A DNA stretch of 11,772 bases from the IMG/VR virus record IMGVR_UViG_2671180637_000006, positions 1-11,772 of that record; one strand, written 5' to 3'. Of the stretch, positions 6,405 to 11,772 are shown one piece after another. The notes below the pieces were generated by a model. The model did no database searches. It had not been told where the DNA came from and saw only the letters and a list, made by a program, of their open reading frames with translations. Position 1 is the stretch's first letter; each line of letters opens with the position of its first letter. Source of the DNA: a virus. Taxonomy: Duplodnaviria; Heunggongvirae; Uroviricota; Caudoviricetes. The position numbers and the translations under genes were made by a program.

Positions 6405-8723
6405 ATGAGCACAAAATTCAAAACCGTTATCACCACTGCCGGTGCAGCAAAGCTGGCAGCGGCAACCGCACCGGGAGGGCGGAAGGTCAACATTACCACG
6501 ATGGCCGTCGGGGATGGCGGTGGTAAATTGCCTGTCCCGGATGCCGGACAGACCGGGCTTATCCACGAAGTCTGGCGACATGCGCTGAACAAAATCAGTC
6601 AGGACAAACGAAACAGTAATTATATTATCGCAGAGCTGGTTATTCCGCCGGAGGTGGGCGGTTTCTGGATGCGTGAGCTTGGCCTGTACGATGATGCGGG
6701 AACGCTAATTGCCGTGGCAAACATGGCCGAAAGTTATAAACCAGCTCTTGCCGAAGGCTCAGGGCGTTCGCAGACCTGCCGCATGGTCATCATCGTCAGC
6801 AGTGTGGCCTCAGTGGAGCTGACCATTGACACCACAACGGTGATGGCGACGCAGGATTACGTTGATGACAAAATTGCAGAGCACGAACAGTCACGACGTC
6901 ACCCGGACGCTTCGCTGACCGCAAAAGGTTTTACTCAGTTAAGCAGTGCGACCAACAGCACGTCTGAAACACTGGCTGCAACGCCGAAAGCGGTAAAGGC
7001 CGCGTATGACCTTGCTAACGGGAAATATACCGCGCAGGATGCCACCACCGCGCGAAAAGGCCTTGTTCAGCTCAGTAGTGCGACTAACAGCACGTCTGAA
7101 ACGATCGCCGCAACGCCAAAGGCGGTTAAGACAGCGTATGACCTTGCTAACGGGAAATACACTGCACAGGACGCCACTACAGCGCGAAAAGGTCTTGTCC
7201 AGCTCAGTAGCGCCACCAACAGCGATTCTGAAACGCTTGCGGCAACACCAAAGGCGGTTAAGACAGCGTATGACCTTGCTAACGGGAAATACACTGCACA
7301 GGATGCCACCACGGCGCGAAAAGGGCTTGTCCAGCTCAGTAGCGCCACCAACAGTGATTCTGAAACCCTCGCGGCAACGCCAAAAGCAGTGAAGTCTGCC
7401 TATGACAATGCTGAAAAACGTCTTCAGAAAGATCAGAACGGTGCGGATATTCCGGGAAAGGATACCTTCACGAAAAATATCGGTGCCTGTCGTGCTTATA
7501 GCGGCGCTTTGAGCACTGAAGCCGGAAACTGGACAACCGCTCAGTTTATTGACTGGCTAGAGTCTCAGGGAGCCTTTAATCATCCCTACTGGATGTGCAA
7601 AGGCTCCTGGTCATATGCAAATAACAAAATCATTACGGATACCGGATGTGGTGATATCCACCTGGCTGGTTGTGTCGTCGAGGTCATGGGAACTAAATCT
7701 GCAATCACTATCCGAGTGACCACGCCGACAACATCAAGTGGTGGCGGTACAACCAGCGCGCAATTCACTTACATTAATCATGGGGACGGCTACTCCCCCG
7801 GCTGGCGTCGTGACTGGAATCGTCAGGGCGACGCAATGACCGGAACGATTAATCAGGACGGTGGAAGCCAGAATGCCTATATGTCTACGGCCTTATGTTC
7901 AGGCACCAGAGGCGGCAAAAAATATCTCAGAAAGTTTCGTGGTGGAGAAGGAGATACTATCTGGCATGAAACAGTACAGGGCGGGGTAATTCGCTGGGCG
8001 ACAGGAAACTATGACACTCAGGAAGAATTATCACTCAGCTCCGCTTATGGTCTCCGTTCAAGAGGTGAAATTACATCACTCAGTGCTAATGGTCTGCGCA
8101 TTGCTTATGGCAATTATGGATTCTTTATCAGGAATGATGGCGGCAGCACATATTTAATGCTGACGGCCTCTGGCGATAAATTTGGGACATGGAACGGTTT
8201 AAGACCGCTGACTATCAATAACGCTAATGGCGGAGTGTCAATGGGGCATGGCCTGAGTGTTACAGGTGATATTGTCTCAAGTACCAAAGTACGTGCCGGT
8301 AGCGGGAAAAAGTTCACGGTCAGCAGCAGCAATACATCCACGAAGGAAGCCGCATTCAATTTGTGGGGAAACTCAAGTCGTCCTGTGGTGGCTGAATTAG
8401 GTGATGATGCAGGCTGGCATTTTTACAGTCAGAGAAATACAGATAACAGCATCACTTTTGCTGTTAACGGGCAGGTATCACCATCTAACTATAGTAATTT
8501 TGATTCACGCTATGTCCGGGATATCCGGCTTGGTGGTGCTGCCACATACAAACCTGCGAACAATGGCATGACATGGACACATCAGGCACCGTCCGGGTGT
8601 GTATATTCCGGCATTATTGTTCAGGATACCGGCTCAAACTCTGCCGATAACATTGGTGGCATATATTACAGACCGGTGCAGAAATACATTAACGGGACAT
8701 GGTATAACGTAGCGCAGGTATAA
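6405..8723 (+). CDS. H: Tail fiber protein H (P2 gpH-like N-terminus, repeat-expanded shaft, divergent distal domain), 772 aa
   Basis: ATG at 6405 with GTGAGG at 6395-6400. N-terminal roughly 150 aa (MSTKFKTVITTAGAAKLAAATAPGG...) is P2 H-like. Then 44-aa phage-tail-fiber-type repeats, then a Gly/Ser/Thr/Asn-rich distal domain encoded by AT-richer DNA. Confidence 0.9.
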   Translation: MSTKFKTVITTAGAAKLAAATAPGGRKVNITTMAVGDGGGKLPVPDAGQTGLIHEVWRHALNKISQDKRNSNYIIAELVIPPEVGGFWMRELGLYDDAGTLIAVANMAESYKPALAEGSGRSQTCRMVIIVSSVASVELTIDTTTVMATQDYVDDKIAEHEQSRRHPDASLTAKGFTQLSSATNSTSETLAATPKAVKAAYDLANGKYTAQDATTARKGLVQLSSATNSTSETIAATPKAVKTAYDLANGKYTAQDATTARKGLVQLSSATNSDSETLAATPKAVKTAYDLANGKYTAQDATTARKGLVQLSSATNSDSETLAATPKAVKSAYDNAEKRLQKDQNGADIPGKDTFTKNIGACRAYSGALSTEAGNWTTAQFIDWLESQGAFNHPYWMCKGSWSYANNKIITDTGCGDIHLAGCVVEVMGTKSAITIRVTTPTTSSGGGTTSAQFTYINHGDGYSPGWRRDWNRQGDAMTGTINQDGGSQNAYMSTALCSGTRGGKKYLRKFRGGEGDTIWHETVQGGVIRWATGNYDTQEELSLSSAYGLRSRGEITSLSANGLRIAYGNYGFFIRNDGGSTYLMLTASGDKFGTWNGLRPLTINNANGGVSMGHGLSVTGDIVSSTKVRAGSGKKFTVSSSNTSTKEAAFNLWGNSSRPVVAELGDDAGWHFYSQRNTDNSITFAVNGQVSPSNYSNFDSRYVRDIRLGGAATYKPANNGMTWTHQAPSGCVYSGIIVQDTGSNSADNIGGIYYRPVQKYINGTWYNVAQV
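6924..7406 (+). repeat. In-frame tandem repeat array, about 3.7 copies of a 132-bp (44-codon) unit, inside H
   Basis: Unit K-G-[FL]-[TV]-QLSSATNS[TD]SET[LI]AATPKAVK[AT]AYDLANGKYTAQDATTAR starts at 6924, 7056, 7188 and 7320 (partial). Copies differ at a minority of nucleotides, so they are diverged, not identical. Confidence 0.85.
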
Positions 8724-8726
8724 TTT

Positions 8727-9254
8727 ATGCAGCATTTGATAAATATAACGGCGGGTAATCCAAAAACAGTTGAACAATATCAATTGACAAAGGACTTTGA
8801 TGTTGTCTGGTTTTTTACAGAAGATGGTAAGAACTGGTACGAAGAACAAAAGTATTTTGCTGATGACACGATAAAAATAGCGTACGACAAAGATAATATC
8901 ATCCGCTATGTGGAAAAGGATGTGACAGCTATCAGACCGGATGGATTAAGTGTTGTTGAAGTGCCGGATATTACTGCTAACCGACGGGCGGACATTTCAG
9001 GGAACTGGATGTTTAAGGACGGTACAGTGATTAAACGAATTTATACGGCAGAGGAATTGCAGCAGCAGGCAGAAAATCGGAAAGCCAGACTTCTTGCAGA
9101 TGCTGAATCCGTGATTTTGCCGCTGGAGCGCGCTGTCAGGCTGAATATGGCAACAGATGAGGAGCGCAGTCGACTGGAGGCATGGGAACGCTACAGTGTT
9201 CTGGTCAGTCGTGTGGATCCTGCAAATCCTGAATGGCCGGAAATGCCGCAATAA
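8727..9254 (+). CDS. G: Tail fiber assembly chaperone G (Tfa family), 175 aa
   Basis: ATG at 8727, 3 nt after the H stop. AT-rich N-terminal two-thirds and a GC-richer conserved C-terminus (...[29 protein letters not shown]), as expected for a chaperone co-varying with the fiber tip. Confidence 0.85.
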   Translation: MQHLINITAGNPKTVEQYQLTKDFDVVWFFTEDGKNWYEEQKYFADDTIKIAYDKDNIIRYVEKDVTAIRPDGLSVVEVPDITANRRADISGNWMFKDGTVIKRIYTAEELQQQAENRKARLLADAESVILPLERAVRLNMATDEERSRLEAWERYSVLVSRVDPANPEWPEMPQ

Positions 9255-9289
9255 GTTGTATGAGCTCTGGTGTGAGCTTACATATCTAT

Positions 9290-9339
9290 GGCACAGAGTA
9301 AAGCCTAATCTGAGAGTCCGCTCTGTGCCAGGAGCGGAC
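9290..9339 (+). other. Two overlapping, mutually exclusive hairpins just downstream of G
   Basis: GGCACAGAG (9290-9298) pairs with CTCTGTGCC (9321-9329); GTCCGCTC (9316-9323) pairs with GAGCGGAC (9332-9339). The stems share nt 9321-9323. No clean U-tract follows. Confidence 0.3.
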
Positions 9340-9467
9340 GTTCGTATGCTTGGCAACTTTGGTTTTCCTGAGTTCAACTTAACCACCTATGTATCATCGT
9401 AGCCTCTATAGAATAATCATTTTAAAACCTTTTAATATTTGGTAATATGTATTCTATAGTGATCATT

Positions 9468-9510
9468 ATTTCCTATCTCCACGACAGTTATGAGATAGGA
9501 AATTTAATAT
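9468..9510 (+). promoter_or_regulatory. Perfect 12-bp inverted repeat (candidate operator) overlapping a possible sigma70 promoter for the TIR-like gene
   Basis: ATTTCCTATCTC (9468-9479), 12-nt spacer, GAGATAGGAAAT (9492-9503). A -10-like TAATAT at 9505-9510 and a weak -35-like ACGACA at 9481-9486 lie about 40 nt upstream of the ATG at 9547. Confidence 0.35.
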
Positions 9511-9546
9511 AGATGTCGTAATGATGACGATAAAAGTTGAGATGTC

Positions 9547-10512
9547 ATGACCAGTATATTTATATCCTATGCCAGAGAAGACTTTTTAATTGCAAAAAAA
9601 CTAACCGAAGAACTAAATCGACATGAGTACAAGGTATTTTTGGATCAACAATCGATTCAGCTTGGGGCTCATTGGCAAGAAGATATACTGAAGCATTTAA
9701 AAAATGCGGATGTATTTATCGCACTTGTTACTGAACATAGCGATAAGTCTTATTATTTTAATGCAGAGGTTACTGGCGCTATATCCTATGTAGCTCATAG
9801 CAATCGGGATAAACTTATTTTGCCAGTGGTGCTGGATAAAGAAGTGCTTAATGATAGCGATCTTGGGGCCTTCCAAGCATTATTCGCACGCTCTGATGAT
9901 ATGACATACCTCGTACATGAAATTGTGAATGCTATCAGCCGCTTCGAAGGTGCCCGACTAGCTCAGGAAGAGATAAAAGAAATTCGAGCACAAGTTCTTA
10001 AAGATGAATCAGCCGATTACATAAGCGAAACAATTGAGGATCTTAAGGCGCGCGAAAAAGCTGGTCGCCAATTATCGTCAAGATGGCATTTTGCTGGATA
10101 TGCGGCATTAATACTTTCTGTCATTTTCGTATTTATTCTTTGGTATTTGGCTGAGCGTTCATTTGTACAATCACCTCTTGATACCACTAGACTGGTTTTC
10201 GATGCCATTAAGGGCGTAACGGTTGTTGCGTTACTTTTGGGCTTGGCAAGATATTCATTTTTAATGGCGAAAACTCATCAATTAGAAGCTTTGAAGAACG
10301 CCGATCGTCTGCACGCCATTTCTTTTGGGAAATTTTATATGCGCGTTTTCTCTACGCAAATATCTCAATCTGAATTAAAAGAAGTATTTCAACATTGGAA
10401 TACTTCAGGGGCGTCAGATTTGTCGCATCTTGATGTAGATAAAATTGACTCGCGATTTATTGAACTCTTTGGGAAAATCGCATCAAGATTTGATGGCAAA
10501 AATAAATCTTAA
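9547..10512 (+). CDS. TIR-like domain protein fused to a C-terminal two-helix membrane hairpin, 321 aa; candidate anti-phage effector
   Basis: ATG at 9547. N-terminus fits the TIR pattern: IFISYAREDF (betaA), KVFLD (betaB), ADVFIALVTEHSDKSYYFNAEV (betaC/alphaC with Glu74 at the position of the conserved TIR glutamate). Residues about 130-180 are charged and helical. Hydrophobic helices FAGYAALILSVIFVFILWYLA and GVTVVALLLGLARYSFLMA, then an 80-aa tail. Confidence 0.6.
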   Translation: MTSIFISYAREDFLIAKKLTEELNRHEYKVFLDQQSIQLGAHWQEDILKHLKNADVFIALVTEHSDKSYYFNAEVTGAISYVAHSNRDKLILPVVLDKEVLNDSDLGAFQALFARSDDMTYLVHEIVNAISRFEGARLAQEEIKEIRAQVLKDESADYISETIEDLKAREKAGRQLSSRWHFAGYAALILSVIFVFILWYLAERSFVQSPLDTTRLVFDAIKGVTVVALLLGLARYSFLMAKTHQLEALKNADRLHAISFGKFYMRVFSTQISQSELKEVFQHWNTSGASDLSHLDVDKIDSRFIELFGKIASRFDGKNKS

Positions 10513-10642
10513 CTAAGGATTCTTCTTGTCAGGGCTGGCAATCAATTTAAGCCCGCTATTCGCTCAAAGCAGACTATCAGATTTGATAGCGTTTGGGCTA
10601 TGTAAATTGTCAGTCGGAAAATGAGCGTGTACAAATCATGAC

Positions 10643-10670
10643 AGGCGGGCTGATTGCCCGCCTTTTCTTT
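10643..10670 (+). terminator. Rho-independent terminator downstream of the TIR-like gene
   Basis: GC stem AGGCGGGC (10643-10650), loop TGATT, GCCCGCC (10656-10662), then TTTTCTTT (10663-10670). Confidence 0.7.
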
Positions 10671-10765
10671 ATCTGTTGTTTCATCCACTGACCAGCCAGG
10701 TCAAATAGCATCTCATGCTCTGCACAACAGAAAATAGTTGCACCCATTAACCACGGAGTTAAACG
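10671..10765 (+). promoter_or_regulatory. Region expected to contain the late promoter for the FI operon (P2 P_F equivalent)
   Basis: By synteny, P2 has a late promoter upstream of FI. Contains TGTTGTT at 10674-10680 followed by ACCAG at 10691-10695, and the inverted pair TCTGTTGT (10672-10679) / ACAACAGA (10724-10731). GGAG at 10755-10758 is the RBS for FI. Confidence 0.3.
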
Positions 10766-11772
10766 GATGAGTGACTATCATCACGGCGTGCAGGTGCTGG
10801 AGATTAACGACGGCACCCGCGTCATTTCCACCGTATCCACTGCCATTGTCGGCATGGTCTGTACGGCCAGCGATGCGGATGCGGAATCCTTCCCCCTCAA
10901 TAAACCGGTGCTGATTACCAATGTGCAGAGTGCAATTGCAAAGGCCGGTAAAAAAGGCACGCTGGCGGCATCGTTGCAGGCCATCGCCGACCAGTCAAAA
11001 CCGGTCACCGTTGTTGTGCGCGTGGAGGACGGCACCGGCGACGACGAAGAAACGAAACTTGCGCAGACCGTTTCCAATATCATCGGCACCACCGACGAAA
11101 ACGGTCAGTACACCGGACTGAAAGCCCTGCTGGCGGCAGAGTCGGTAACCGGTGTTAAACCGCGCATTCTCGGTGTGCCGGGACTGGACACCAAAGAGGT
11201 GGCTGTTGCACTGGCATCCGTCTGTCAGAAGCTGCGCGCTTTCGGATATATCAGCGCATGGGGCTGTAAGACCATTTCCGAGGTGAAAGCCTACCGCCAG
11301 AATTTCAGCCAGCGTGAGCTGATGGTCATCTGGCCGGATTTCCTCGCATGGGATACGGTCACCAGTACCACCGCCACCGCGTATGCCACCGCCCGTGCGC
11401 TGGGGCTGCGCGCTAAAATCGACCAGGAGCAGGGCTGGCATAAAACGCTGTCCAACGTCGGGGTAAACGGTGTTACCGGCATCAGCGCATCTGTATTCTG
11501 GGATTTGCAGGAGTCCGGCACCGATGCTGACCTGCTTAACGAGTCAGGCGTCACTACGCTGATTCGCCGCGACGGTTTCCGATTCTGGGGTAACCGTACC
11601 TGCTCTGATGACCCGCTGTTCCTCTTTGAAAACTACACCCGCACCGCGCAGGTGATGGCCGACACGATGGCTGAGGCGCACATGTGGGCGGTGGACAAGC
11701 CCATCACCGCAACGCTGATTCGCGACATCGTTGACGGCATCAATGCCAAATTCCGTGAGCTGAAAACAAACG
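10766..11772 (+). CDS. FI: Tail sheath protein FI (P2 gpFI-like), 5' partial (runs off the window end)
   Basis: ATG at 10766 with GGAG at 10755-10758. Open frame to the window end reads MSDYHHGVQVLEINDGTRVISTVSTAIVGMVCTASDADAESFPLNKPVLITN..., which I recognise as the P2 tail sheath N-terminus. Confidence 0.9.

Larger units (their letters stand above)
9255..10765. other. AT-rich cargo island 2 between G and FI (position of Z/fun in P2)
   Basis: Low-GC segment with one large ORF, several inverted repeats upstream and a terminator downstream, bounded by the G stop and the FI start. Confidence 0.8.

Noticed and set aside
5482-6592. Long antisense ORFs inside J, I and H (5482-6093, 5897-6592, both minus strand); similarly 882-1385 minus inside lysA/lysB.
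   Set aside because: Typical stop-codon-poor antisense frames of GC-rich coding DNA. Their products are Arg/Pro/Gly-rich low-complexity sequences with no SD-linked starts, and they overlap well-supported structural genes.
7006-7392. Plus-strand ORF (128 aa) and minus-strand ORF 7067-7351 with internally repeated peptide sequences.
   Set aside because: Both lie entirely inside the 132-bp tandem repeat array of H in other frames; their periodic sequence is a by-product of the DNA repeat, not evidence of separate genes.
6924-7406. Possible CRISPR array, suggested by regularly spaced repeats.
   Set aside because: Period is 132 bp with no unique spacers between units; the copies are contiguous, in-frame and coding within a tail fiber gene.
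8997-9402. ORFs 8997-9386 (-) and 9157-9402 (+) spanning the G 3' end into the island.
   Set aside because: They overlap the well-supported G gene and the hairpin region, and have no RBS or recognisable features; the 9255-9546 segment is better explained as non-coding regulatory sequence.
9255-9546. Possible invertible host-range segment (Gin/Cin-type) suggested by inverted repeats next to the tail fiber genes.
   Set aside because: No invertase gene is present in the island, the inverted repeats are short (8-12 bp) and closely spaced, and H/G have no inverted duplicate copy.
10921-11441. ORFs 10921-11121 (+) and 10995-11441 (-) near the window end.
   Set aside because: Both lie inside the FI tail sheath reading frame region in alternative or antisense frames; FI is strongly supported by sequence and synteny.

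Overview
This window is part of the late (lysis, baseplate, tail fiber) region of a P2-like myovirus prophage, probably from an enterobacterium. All backbone genes are on the + strand in P2 order: X (3' end), Y holin, K endolysin, lysA, lysB with nested lysC, R, S, then V, W, J, I, H, G, then the 5' part of FI. The backbone is GC-rich (about 65% on one 60-nt line I counted) and densely packed with overlapping stop/start codons. It is interrupted by two AT-rich single-gene cargo islands (about 30% G+C on spot counts) at the two positions where P2 itself carries accessory genes. Island 1 (S-V junction, the orf30 position) holds a minus-strand gene for a roughly 357-389 aa protein with a C-terminal two-helix membrane hairpin and no domain I recognise. 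Island 2 (G-FI junction, the Z/fun position) holds a plus-strand 321 aa protein with an N-terminal TIR-like domain fused to a two-helix membrane hairpin, with its own palindromic upstream element and a strong terminator. The two cargo proteins appear to share a collinear C-terminal module, so they may be a modular family of membrane-anchored anti-phage (abortive-infection type) effectors; this is hypothesis, not demonstrated. The tail fiber gene H also carries a 132-bp in-frame tandem repeat array and an AT-rich distal cassette that extends into G. No integrase, tRNA, rRNA or CRISPR array is present.
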